Source: a virus. Taken from it: a stretch of DNA of 64,000 nucleotides. The notes under the pieces were generated by a model that saw only the letters and a list, made by a program, of their open reading frames with translations, did no database searches and was not told the origin of the DNA. A program made the position numbers and the translations under genes. This document shows positions 1 through 9,239 of this stretch, piece by piece. The stretch lies in IMG/VR virus record IMGVR_UViG_3300046168_000070, positions 64,001 to 128,000 of that record, one strand, 5' to 3'. Every line of letters begins with the position of its first letter. The stretch's first letter is position 1.

Positions 1-26
1 TACTTTATATTTTGACTAATTTTTTC

Positions 27-55
27 TTGACATTTCGCAAATAAACACTTATAAT
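27..55 (+). promoter_or_regulatory. consensus sigma70 early promoter (leaderless type)
   Basis: TTGACA 27-32, 17-nt spacer, TATAAT 50-55, 7 nt to ATG 63; no SD. Confidence 0.85.
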
Positions 56-62
56 TTATAAC

Positions 63-284
63 ATGAACAATAAATTCCTATCTATTCTTGAATATTCTTT
101 AAATAAGTTTATGCCATATGTTTTAATTAGTTTTTTAGTATTTTTTGAATTTGGATTTTATAAAGTTCAGCCATATATAATTATGGGGCTTTTGTGTTTT
201 TTAGACAAACATTCTTTTAGAGTAGGTTATGCCGTAGCTCTTTGCGAAGAAAGGGGAGTTGATCTTGAGAAATGGGACAAATAA
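63..284 (+). CDS. small membrane protein
   Basis: 73-aa ORF with hydrophobic core, directly after promoter. Confidence 0.7.
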   Translation: MNNKFLSILEYSLNKFMPYVLISFLVFFEFGFYKVQPYIIMGLLCFLDKHSFRVGYAVALCEERGVDLEKWDK

Positions 285-286
285 AA

Positions 287-292
287 GTGTAA
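287..292 (+). promoter_or_regulatory. GTGTAA late promoter motif
   Basis: 8 nt before in-frame GTG 301. Confidence 0.7.
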
Positions 293-300
293 TCTTATTT

Positions 301-513
301 GTGCAAGAGAGAATAATAAATTTGCTATTAACTATAATCGGGTGTTGTGTAGTTTTTTATATTTTTAAACAGAATCACGAAATAACATATTTAAAAGATA
401 CCATTAAAATACAGCATGAAGCAATAGAAAGACAAAATGTTTTAATTGATTTTCAAAAAAGAATCATGTATCCAAATAATCCGCAAAATGAATTTCAGCC
501 AACTTATAAATAA
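301..513 (+). CDS. late membrane protein, N-terminal TM plus coiled coil (spanin-like architecture, unproven)
   Basis: start moved to GTG 301 by the late motif; IINLLLTIIGCCVVFYIF TM then a heptad-like stretch. Confidence 0.6.
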   Translation: MQERIINLLLTIIGCCVVFYIFKQNHEITYLKDTIKIQHEAIERQNVLIDFQKRIMYPNNPQNEFQPTYK

Positions 514-889
514 GCAATCTTACAAAAAGATATTTAATAAACTATATTCCAGCCAACTTAAATACGAAGAACCTAAAAGTATTAGAGAAATCGATGTAGA
601 AGCTAGAAGTGCATGGGATTTCTTATTACAAGCTCAACCCCAAAGATCAAAGCACGAAATCCATGTTGGATTCTGTAAAGATTTCCAAAGCGAAGATTTT
701 CCTTGTGCAGAGCTTCGTGATACCAAAAGCAAGCTTTTTCATAATTTCAATGAAGCTCCTTGGCAAGAAGTCTTGGGATCAAATATAGTAAATTCGTCAA
801 GTTTGTCAGATGAAGAAGTTTGTGCTACAATTTTTTGGTTCTTGACTATGAACTCTTTTAAGCCAAATAAAGAACTTAATCATGCTTAG
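488..889 (+). CDS. hypothetical protein
   Basis: ORF 446-889, likely ATG 488. Confidence 0.65.
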   Translation: MNFSQLINKQSYKKIFNKLYSSQLKYEEPKSIREIDVEARSAWDFLLQAQPQRSKHEIHVGFCKDFQSEDFPCAELRDTKSKLFHNFNEAPWQEVLGSNIVNSSSLSDEEVCATIFWFLTMNSFKPNKELNHA

Positions 890-1076
890 AAAATTTTGGC
901 TTATATGGGCTAGAACTCTCGATCATAGAGTGGGAAGAACAGACAATGATGAACCTGATATACCTATATTATCATTAAGAGACGCTCAAATAAGTCTTTT
1001 ATTAAGAAGTTTAATTGTAATAGTTAATTTAATAACTTGTTTTTTCATAGTCGCAAATATAATAAAAAATTGGTAA
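882..1076 (+). CDS. small membrane protein of a type common in marine phages
   Basis: FWLIWARTL...GRTD...LIVIVNLITCFFIVANIIKNW pattern. Confidence 0.65.
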   Translation: MLRKFWLIWARTLDHRVGRTDNDEPDIPILSLRDAQISLLLRSLIVIVNLITCFFIVANIIKNW

Positions 1077-1529
1077 ATGAATAGTAGTGAAAAAAGGTTC
1101 TACGACATGTGTGTGTCCAGAAATTGGAGTGTCGAAAAAGCCTCAAAAAATCAGGACATGCACGAACATTGGGATTTTAAAGTTAGAGATTCTTTAATTG
1201 ATGTAAAAGGATTCAAGAAAACCTCTAGGTCTGATGCCTTTTTTAATCACGATGAAATTTGGATAGAGTTGCAAAATGTGCGAGGCAATAAAGGTTGGTT
1301 GCGTGGAAAAGCTGATTACATAGCTTTTGAGCATTCAAAACATTTTTTGATAGTAAGTCGCCAAGATTTACTAGATTGGTGCAAATCTAAAATTACAAAT
1401 CGATCTTTTGTTTCAAGTCCGAAAGAAGCTTTGTATAGACTTTATCAGCGTAAAAATAGAAAAGACATTATATCTATAATTAAAACAGAAGATTTTGTGA
1501 AGGATGTAAAAACTTGGGTTTTAAAATGA
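1077..1529 (+). CDS. PD-(D/E)XK family endonuclease
   Basis: WDFKV...IDVKG...IWIELQNVRGNKGWLRGKADYIAFE. Confidence 0.7.
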   Translation: MNSSEKRFYDMCVSRNWSVEKASKNQDMHEHWDFKVRDSLIDVKGFKKTSRSDAFFNHDEIWIELQNVRGNKGWLRGKADYIAFEHSKHFLIVSRQDLLDWCKSKITNRSFVSSPKEALYRLYQRKNRKDIISIIKTEDFVKDVKTWVLK

Positions 1530-1532
1530 ATC

Positions 1533-1790
1533 ATGTATGACAGCGGCTTAAATAATGAATTCGAAAAAGCTCATCAGAAAGGTTTGCATAGAGGATTTGA
1601 TTTAGGCTGGTCATATAAAGGAAAGTTTGACAGGCAAATAATACAAGACAAAATCATAGAGCTTGAAAAGAAATATGAGGCTAGAAAATCTAAAAAAACT
1701 TTGAATGAAATAAATATTCTACGAACTGTTTTAACGCAAATAAAAGACCATAAATGTAACAGAGAAAACATCACTTTAAACTTTTGGTAA
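1533..1790 (+). CDS. hypothetical protein
   Basis: 85-aa ORF; stop abuts the late motif. Confidence 0.65.
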   Translation: MYDSGLNNEFEKAHQKGLHRGFDLGWSYKGKFDRQIIQDKIIELEKKYEARKSKKTLNEINILRTVLTQIKDHKCNRENITLNFW

Positions 1791-1796
1791 GTGTAA
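1791..1796 (+). promoter_or_regulatory. GTGTAA late promoter motif heading the SpeD-like/ATE operon
   Basis: 8 nt before in-frame GTG 1805. Confidence 0.75.
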
Positions 1797-1804
1797 TATA
1801 TTTT

Positions 1805-2194
1805 GTGGAACATAAACATCTTTTAGTTAATGCTACTTTCGAGCAGACCCCATTTACGAATACAGATTTCACAAATAAATGGCTTTTAAAAATTGTTAAA
1901 TTAATTGACATGGAAGTTTTGCATGAACCTGTCTCGGTGAGATGTGATGAAAAAAATAACGAGGGCGTTAGTGGGTTCTGTTTAATAACAACAAGTCATT
2001 TATCTTTGCATTCTTGGGAGAAAAAAACTCCGAATTTATTACAACTTGATGTCTATAGTTGTAAAGATTTTGACCCTCATTTAATTGAGTATGAAATTAA
2101 AAAATTTCATCCAATATCTCTTGGGTTAAAATTCCTAGATAGAAGAGTACGAAATACTAAAGGATGGTCAATGTTTGATGAAAGCAAGGCATGA
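1805..2194 (+). CDS. pyruvoyl-dependent AdoMetDC (SpeD)-family decarboxylase, divergent paralog
   Basis: GVSGFCLITTSHLSLHSWE...LQLDVYSCKDFD; self-cleavage site reads T-SH instead of E-SH. Confidence 0.85.
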   Translation: MEHKHLLVNATFEQTPFTNTDFTNKWLLKIVKLIDMEVLHEPVSVRCDEKNNEGVSGFCLITTSHLSLHSWEKKTPNLLQLDVYSCKDFDPHLIEYEIKKFHPISLGLKFLDRRVRNTKGWSMFDESKA

Positions 2195-2955
2195 GAATAT
2201 ATTTTAGGCATTACTCAGGAGCAATCACTGAATACGATTATTTATTTTTTGATTGCATGGCAGAAGTTCCGTTAGACGAAGAAGAGCGAGCTTTGCAGGA
2301 AGGATGGTTACCTGATGACTATTTTGCTCCTAAAAATGCAGTAAAATCCCATTGGTATCAAGCTCGACAAACAAGAATTGATTTAAGCAAATTTATTGAT
2401 ACTCGCAGTAGTCGAAAGGCTAGAAAAAAATGCAAAGATATTGTGGTCAAATATACGAAAGCGAATAAAGCAAATATAGAAATTTTAAAAGATATATTTA
2501 ATAAATATTTTGAATACAGAAACTTTAAGCCTTGGAAGCTAGAGCCTCTACTAAGTTTAGAGATTGAGAGAAAACATTTTTTAATTTATTATTTAAATGA
2601 CGAACCTATTGCTTTTACATTTTTGAGAGATGTCGGAGAGAATAGTGTTTTCTCAACGCAGTTTGCGTGGAATTATGAAAATCCAAAATTATATTTAGGC
2701 AAATATGCAAACCTTGCAGAAATAGACTATTGTATTGCAAATAATAAAGATTATATGTATACAGGAGTAGGGTATGAAAAAGCTTGTATATATAAGTCTG
2801 ACTACCAAGGGTTTCAATTTTGGAACGGAGAAGCGTGGTCGAATAACACAGAAGATTATAAATGGTTATGCGAGAGAGATTCTAAAATTGAAAAAACAAA
2901 AGATTTAGATAAAATAAAAAGATACGATGATAAAAATTTTTTTATAAATGATTAA
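2191..2955 (+). CDS. ATE/Bpt-like aminoacyl-tRNA-protein transferase
   Basis: N-part ALQEGW...TRIDLSKF..TRSSRKARKK; C-part PIAFTFL...QFAWNYENPKLYLGKY...EIDYC...YMYTGVGYEKACIYKSDYQGFQFWNGEAW, matching ATE_N/ATE_C patterns; no Cys cluster. Confidence 0.75.
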   Translation: MRIYFRHYSGAITEYDYLFFDCMAEVPLDEEERALQEGWLPDDYFAPKNAVKSHWYQARQTRIDLSKFIDTRSSRKARKKCKDIVVKYTKANKANIEILKDIFNKYFEYRNFKPWKLEPLLSLEIERKHFLIYYLNDEPIAFTFLRDVGENSVFSTQFAWNYENPKLYLGKYANLAEIDYCIANNKDYMYTGVGYEKACIYKSDYQGFQFWNGEAWSNNTEDYKWLCERDSKIEKTKDLDKIKRYDDKNFFIND

Positions 2956-3400
2956 AGATTATATTGATTATATTTCCCTGCAAAGAAAAAAGATTGGCGG
3001 TCATGCGATATGCCCTTTTGCTAAAGCTTTTTTGGATAAAGTGCAAATAATAGAGTCCACAAACTTTTGGATTGACGCTACAGAATGTATGGAAAATGAA
3101 GAGCATCCAATGCTTTACCTTATATATGGAGACAAGGATAAATATAGCACAGAATGGCTTGAAAAATTTTGCCAAATAAATAAAAAGTATTCACGCAGTA
3201 AAGATCTTTGGTTAATATGGGATCATCCTGATCAAATAAATAAAATAAATGGAATTGAGACAAATAATAAAGAATATGCTATTCTGTTAATACAAAAATT
3301 ATCTGAATTAAATAAATATTCTGAAAAATTACATAAAACAAATTATTATGAATTTTGGGATAAGGAATATTATAATAAAATAGTAAAAAGTCGATCATGA
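2948..3400 (+). CDS. DUF1415-like protein
   Basis: ICPFAK motif, WDHP, ILLIQKLSEL...TNYYEFWDKEYY. Confidence 0.55.
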   Translation: MIKDYIDYISLQRKKIGGHAICPFAKAFLDKVQIIESTNFWIDATECMENEEHPMLYLIYGDKDKYSTEWLEKFCQINKKYSRSKDLWLIWDHPDQINKINGIETNNKEYAILLIQKLSELNKYSEKLHKTNYYEFWDKEYYNKIVKSRS

Positions 3401-3795
3401 GCAAGAAAGACTTGCCTGATAATTATGTACCAAATGCTTATGCGTTACCTTATGCAAGCAATCTGTCTGCTCCTGTCATAAAACCCAATCATAGCCTCGG
3501 AGGTTGGAAAGTTGGAGCGGTTCACTCTGCAAATAAGCATTATGAAGAGCGATTTGATAAATTAAAAAAAGAGCTTGAAGATTTGACGGAAGATGTCAAG
3601 TGGAACGAAATAATATTTAATGCAGAAATGAAGATGAAACCTGTCATTGGAAATATATATCATTTATACCAAAAAGATAATGGGAAATATTTTATGAGTT
3701 TATTTGCTCCAAATGAATGCACATGGGGAGATAAACATAAAGGTAGTTTTAAACTTAATTATGACAACAGATGGGATAAAGTAATTTTTTCTTGA
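3397..3795 (+). CDS. DUF2452 family protein
   Basis: LPYASNLSAPVI...KPVIGNIYHLY...SLFAPNE...GSFKLNYDNRW. Confidence 0.7.
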   Translation: MSKKDLPDNYVPNAYALPYASNLSAPVIKPNHSLGGWKVGAVHSANKHYEERFDKLKKELEDLTEDVKWNEIIFNAEMKMKPVIGNIYHLYQKDNGKYFMSLFAPNECTWGDKHKGSFKLNYDNRWDKVIFS

Positions 3796-3827
3796 CTTTT
3801 CTCAAATAATATGATATATTTATACCT

Positions 3828-4232
3828 ATGCACTTAGGCAGTCACGAATTAGTTGAATTTTATAATTGCGATGAAGATATTTTAAAAAATTCTAATTTGA
3901 TAAAAAAAATATTTATTAAATCTGCTAAACTAGGTAATGCAAATATAGTCAATAGTCTATTTCATTCTTTTAGTCCGTATGGAGTCACAGGAGTCTTAGT
4001 GATCGCAGAAAGTCATATGAGTATTCATACATGGCATGAGTTTAATTATTGTGCCGTTGATATATTTTCTTGTTGCGATAAATTAAATAATAAAATTGTT
4101 TTAGACAACTTGAAATACGAACTCTTTAGCGACAAATATACATCAAAATTAATTAACAGAGGGGACAAAAATTTTATCAAGCAAATTGCAAATAATAACT
4201 TGACAAATAAACAAAAATCTGTCAGAATATAA
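3828..4232 (+). CDS. speD: S-adenosylmethionine decarboxylase proenzyme
   Basis: LGSHELVEFYNC...FSPYGVTGVLVIAESHMSIHTWHEFNYCAVDIFSC with canonical ESH; own promoter TTGACT 3792-17-TATATT 3815-7-ATG. Confidence 0.92.
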   Translation: MHLGSHELVEFYNCDEDILKNSNLIKKIFIKSAKLGNANIVNSLFHSFSPYGVTGVLVIAESHMSIHTWHEFNYCAVDIFSCCDKLNNKIVLDNLKYELFSDKYTSKLINRGDKNFIKQIANNNLTNKQKSVRI

Positions 4233-4234
4233 AT

Positions 4235-5508
4235 ATGGAGATTAAAAAAGAATTAAAAAACGCAACTTTTATATATGATGACGAGAAAAAAGTATTCACC
4301 ATTATGGAAGCTGATGGCTTTAATGGTTATATTGAATTAAATAAAATTTATGCTTTTTCTTTTATGCGTTTTGTAATCAGAATGGCTCAAAGAAATTGGC
4401 TTAAAAGTGCAGATTCTTTTAATAAAACTGAAGAACTTTTAGAATCTATTGAAGAGGAAGAAGATGATCCAAATCAACTAGAGCTTTTTAATTAATAAAT
4501 AATAAATAATATGAATAATAAATCATTCGATATAGTTTGTGCGTCTGAAGTAGAAGAATTTTTCTATGAAGACTCTAATATGCCCGTACCCGAAGGCGAG
4601 CCTGTTGGTGTAGAATTCCATTCTCCAACCAATTCAAACCTAGTTTTATCTAAAGGAGTTTATTTTTCTCACGAAAATCTATTCTTAGATTAATTTTTGT
4701 TTGACAAGCTGATCGTTGTGTGCAATGCTTATTACATGATGAAAACAGAATATATCAAACTAACAGACTTGTGGAACGAAGGCGAATACGCTGAAGTAGG
4801 AAATATCATTAACGAAGAAAATTGGAGTGCGTCAAGGGTTGCTGAATTTTGTGCGTACTTTAATAAATACCTTGGAGTTAATCAATTAAATCTTTTATAT
4901 AAGTTTCTATAATATGGATGATTTAAGTAATGAAATAGCTTGGGATAGCTATGAATTCTATACCGAGCAATTATTTAATCTCGAACAGGATCATTTATCA
5001 AATATGGACAAAGTAACAAATGTTTTGCAAGGCGGGTCGTACTGCAACAAGCAAGATCACTTAGAAATATTTAATAAATCCCTTGAAGTAACTGCTCAAT
5101 TAATAGTATTATATAATAAACAACTATCATCTATTCAAGATATGCTAATAACTTTATCTGACGAAAAAGATGAGCAGTTGAAAAATCGAACAATTAATTC
5201 TTTAAATGTTTTGACTCAATGGACAAACGATCTCCGAGATGATACAAATAAGTATAGGCAAGATTTAAATAAACTAATAAAAGAATATGAAGAGAGGTAG
5301 ACCAAAAGGATATACTCCTTATGTAGAAATTTCCTATGAGGAATTAGCTGATTGGGTTGGCAGGAAAGCTAAAGTAGTTGTCTGTAAAAAATGGCTAGAA
5401 TCGTTAATGGGCAAAGAAATTCATATTGGATCAGCAGAAGAGTCTATCGCAGAAAAAGAAGATCAAGAAGAAACTCCAAAGATCGAATATGAAATAACTC
5501 ATTTTTAA
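4235..5508 (+). CDS. cluster of 5 small hypothetical ORFs (4235-4495, 4511-4693, 4736-4912, 4914-5300, 5287-5508)
   Basis: tightly packed ORFs; promoters at 4200 and 4701; last ORF begins with AT-hook-like KRGRPKG. Confidence 0.7.
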
Positions 5509-5545
5509 TCTTGACAATTACTAATTTTAACTTTAGATTTATATT

Positions 5546-6478
5546 ATGGACAACAATTATTTCGATGGCTTGATCGGGCAAGAGTGCGTTAAGAAGAAAC
5601 TATCTTTTTATTTAGATGCGTTTCACAAAACAAGCGTTTGCCCATTTCTTAATCTAGTTGGTGCAAAAGGTTTAGGTAAGACTGAATTTGCTAAAGCATT
5701 CGCCAAGAATCTGTATAATAGAAACGGAGGCAAGCGTTCGTTCTTAGAATTGAATTGCTCTACAATTAAAAACAATGAGCAATTTTTTGAGCAAATTTTT
5801 CTGCCTTTAGTAGCGGATAATGAGATCACAATTCTTTTTGACGAATGCCATGCTTTGCCGAAAGATTTAACAATGGCATTTTTAACTATTTTCAATACTG
5901 AAACAAATACAAGAAAGCGTTTTGAGTGGAATGAAATGACATTTGAGTTTGACTTCAGAAAGCAAACCTTTATTTTCGCAACAACAGAGAGTGACAAAAT
6001 ATTTCCGCCACTTAAAGATAGATTAACAACAATAGATTTCGATCCGTACTCCCAAGAGGAGATTGGCGAAATTATTAAAATTTGTTGCGGTAATATTTCT
6101 TTCTCTGATGAATGTATAAATGAAGTAGCCTCGACAATTAGAAGTAATGCTAGGAGTGCTGTAATGCGTTCAAGAGAAATCATGTTATATTGCGAATCTA
6201 AAGAGATCGAAAGATTTGAGTCTCATCACTTTAAAGACTTGCGTGACGCTATCGGTATTTTGCCTCTAGGTATTTCTCGGACAGAGAAACAAATTTTGCA
6301 AATATTAAAAGAGTGCGGATCAATTAGCCTCACAGGTCTTTCTGCTAAGTTAGGGTTGAGCAAAACATCTCTGCAAAGAGATCACGAACTTTATTTGCTA
6401 GGTAAAAATCTAATTGAAATTGATGGTAAGCGTAGAATCACTTCAAATGGAATCAAACTTTGTGAGGATTTAGTATGA
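5546..6478 (+). CDS. ruvB: RuvB-like Holliday-junction branch migration AAA+ ATPase
   Basis: FDGLIGQ, Walker A GAKGLGKT, Walker B LFDECH, FATTE, PLKDR, C-terminal winged helix (ISLTGLSAKLG...ELYLL). Confidence 0.85.
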   Translation: MDNNYFDGLIGQECVKKKLSFYLDAFHKTSVCPFLNLVGAKGLGKTEFAKAFAKNLYNRNGGKRSFLELNCSTIKNNEQFFEQIFLPLVADNEITILFDECHALPKDLTMAFLTIFNTETNTRKRFEWNEMTFEFDFRKQTFIFATTESDKIFPPLKDRLTTIDFDPYSQEEIGEIIKICCGNISFSDECINEVASTIRSNARSAVMRSREIMLYCESKEIERFESHHFKDLRDAIGILPLGISRTEKQILQILKECGSISLTGLSAKLGLSKTSLQRDHELYLLGKNLIEIDGKRRITSNGIKLCEDLV

Positions 6479-6722
6479 CAAGAGACGAACTTTCACATTT
6501 AAGGCAAGAAGTTTATTCTTTATGGTATAACGCAAAAAATCGCTCCGAAGATAAAAAAACTTATGCTCAGATATTAGAATTGATAGATTATACTTTAGAA
6601 TTAAAATCCGCAGTAAAGTCAATCAGAAATCTATACGAAGGATTAGTATGATAAAAATCATAATTGGGGGCTTGACATTATTGCTTCTTTTGATTATAAT
6701 ATATATTTTATGGGAGTAGAAA

Positions 6723-7821
6723 ATGTTCGAATATAAAATAACTTACAAAAGAAGAGGAGATATGCTATCAAATTCTCATTACTACATGGCTTCAGACGCT
6801 AACGAAGCACTAGGTTATCAAATGGAAATGATTGAGCATAAAAATTGGAACATAGATATATTAAAAATAGAAAAATTTTGTAAATATTCTGAAAAATGGA
6901 TAGACGAAAGTGAAATACTAAAAGAAGAAAACAAACAATGAAATACTCAAACCTAATCGTAATATTATCATTAATAATGACATTTGGATTTTATAGTCCG
7001 AGCGTTTCCATAAACCCCAAGAATAAATTTCTTGCTAAAGTCGATGTCAAGCCTCAACAGGTAGAAGTTGATCCCTTTTTTGATAAAGAAATTGATCTTA
7101 GTGAGCATCAAGGTCATATACAAATAAACCCTGTCCCTCACCCTTTTAGCATTTCGGGAGAATATGTAGTTTGGGTTAATGGTAAAAGAGTGAATTTAAA
7201 TAGGCAAGAAGTTAAAAATCTTGCCGAATCCTTGAACTTACCACTTACGAAACCTCAAGATACTGCGGAAATTCATTCGGGAATGGGTTGGCAAACTCCA
7301 TTTGCAATTAAATAATATGTGGAATTATAGAATAATACAATCAAGCGATCAATTATATGGTTTATATGAAACTATATATAACGATGATGGAGAAATATCT
7401 GCTCACGCAGAAGAGCCAGAAGCGATAGGTTCTAGCGTTAAAGACTTATTAGATACTTTAAGATTAATGCTTGACGATGCACAAAAATCATCTTACAATA
7501 TATTAGAAATGGATAAAATAAAATTTGCCTCTTTAATAGATGAAAATGAAAAAGAGGAAGCTATCGAGATAGAAGATTTTACTAAACTTATGGGCTTAGA
7601 CCCAAATAAATATAAAAATAATGATTCAGATAGAGGACTCAAATAATGAAAATTACCACATAAATCCAAATAATGTGGTTTATGTTAAAGCAAGAATCGA
7701 TCCTGTTAAGGGGGAAAAGTGGTGGAAAATTACTTTTGTTAATGGTGAGCAATTACATACTCGCAATGAAGCGGGAGTTAATTCCATAGTAAATGCAATT
7801 AAACTCAAAATCAGAGGTTGA
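6723..7821 (+). CDS. cluster of 4 hypothetical ORFs (6723-6941, 6938-7315, 7302-7646, 7621-7821)
   Basis: overlapping ORFs; 6938 has a signal-peptide-like N-terminus; 7302 has WNYRII phage motif. Confidence 0.65.
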
Positions 7822-7929
7822 TTAAAAAGCTAATTAGTAAAAATGTTACATCGACTATAATTTCTCTTTCTAAGAAAAATAAAGTTAGTCCAATAATTAC
7901 ATACAAATTTTTCTCTAACTCGTTGCTCA

Positions 7930-8163
7930 CTATTGGTTTATTTTCTCAAATATTTTAACTACATCTTGTCTTCTATCTTCTAAAAGTCTGCTAGTTTGAA
8001 CCCATCTTTCAGCATCCCTCGCCCCATTCTTTGCTAAATCGACCTCAATGTCTCTTAATTTGTTAGACATTTTTTCTAATTTCATGCTTTCCCTTTTCAA
8101 AAAGAAAGCGATCACAGATACCATAACTCCCATTGCGATCATCAATATTTCGTTTATTTCCAT
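7930..8163 (-). CDS. late single-TM coiled-coil protein (holin/XhlA-like architecture)
   Basis: ATG 8163 lies 8 nt after GTGTAT (8177-8172, minus); ILMIAMGVMVSVIAFFL TM. Confidence 0.65.
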   Translation of the reverse strand: MEINEILMIAMGVMVSVIAFFLKRESMKLEKMSNKLRDIEVDLAKNGARDAERWVQTSRLLEDRRQDVVKIFEKINQ

Positions 8164-8219
8164 ACTAAGGAATACACAAAAAACTTGACAGGTTAGATCA
8201 TGTCCCTTATAGTTATAAT

Positions 8220-9230
8220 ATGTCACAACAAATACTAGGCTTAACTTGCATTAGCGAGCAACTCAAAGAGAAAGACAAAGTTAAATATTCCTTTAGGACT
8301 ATGACTCGCAAAAGATTTAATGACTTGTGTAGTTCTCAAGGCAGGGATGAAGCTATCAATCAATTATCTGAAAGAATTTTGCACAATGTTGTTGTTACTC
8401 AATATATTGTCAATCATTGCCATGCCTCGGACATTAGGCATTATCGTCTTAGCTCTGCTCTTTTCCCTCTCCTTACCGATCAGACTTTGGAAATTTCTAT
8501 GGCAGAATTGCCTCACAAAGCAAGAATCGAAAAAGGGTTAGAGTTTATAGGTTTAATCGCCAAACGCTTTAATATATCAATAGGATCGCATCCCGATCAG
8601 TTTAATGTTCTTGCGTCTCCCGATAGGGATAAAGTTAATCGCACAATAAATGAACTGAATTTTCAAGCAAGAGTTCTCGATATGGTCGGATTACCTCAAG
8701 ACCATACTGCTCCAATGAATATACATATTAATTATTCGCCCAAAGCGGATGAGACGCTAGAAGTTGTTGCTACTAGATTCTTTCGCAATCTTTCTATGTG
8801 CGATAGAGGTGTTTACAATCGAATAACTATTGAGAACGAAGACAAAGGTTTCTTTAATGTAGATAACTGCATTAAATTTAGCGAGTATTTATTTGAAACA
8901 TTCAACGCAAATATTCCTGTTTGTTTTGACAATTTACATCATACTTGCAATCCATCAGAGGAATCATCTATTAAATGGCAAGCCGAGCGTTGTGCATATA
9001 CATGGGTTAATAATGGAGAAGGAGACAATCATTTTATTTCTCCTGTCTTTCATTGGTCAGAGGGTAAACCCGAAAAGCCTCGTTCTCATGCAGACTATGT
9101 CGCATTCGGTAATTTTCCACCACATATTGCTATTGACCCTCAATATCCTGCAATTTTCGAGGTAGAAACAAAGGCAAAGGATAAAGCTATTAAACTCTTA
9201 CAAAAACAAATGGCAGGGGGGTTAAGCTAA
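8220..9230 (+). CDS. uvsE: UV DNA damage endonuclease (UVDE)
   Basis: YRLSSALFP, HPDQFNVLASP, ITIENED, FDNLHH, HWSEG..RSHADY, EVETKAKDKAI. Confidence 0.92.
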   Translation: MSQQILGLTCISEQLKEKDKVKYSFRTMTRKRFNDLCSSQGRDEAINQLSERILHNVVVTQYIVNHCHASDIRHYRLSSALFPLLTDQTLEISMAELPHKARIEKGLEFIGLIAKRFNISIGSHPDQFNVLASPDRDKVNRTINELNFQARVLDMVGLPQDHTAPMNIHINYSPKADETLEVVATRFFRNLSMCDRGVYNRITIENEDKGFFNVDNCIKFSEYLFETFNANIPVCFDNLHHTCNPSEESSIKWQAERCAYTWVNNGEGDNHFISPVFHWSEGKPEKPRSHADYVAFGNFPPHIAIDPQYPAIFEVETKAKDKAIKLLQKQMAGGLS

Positions 9231-9239
9231 AATCTTGTC

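Noticed and set aside
5623-6183. 186-aa minus-strand ORF and other long antisense or out-of-frame ORFs (43162-43578, 32250-32549, 35995-36339, 28723-28986)
   Set aside because: Shadows of confident genes or the ncRNA, with no promoter or motif support
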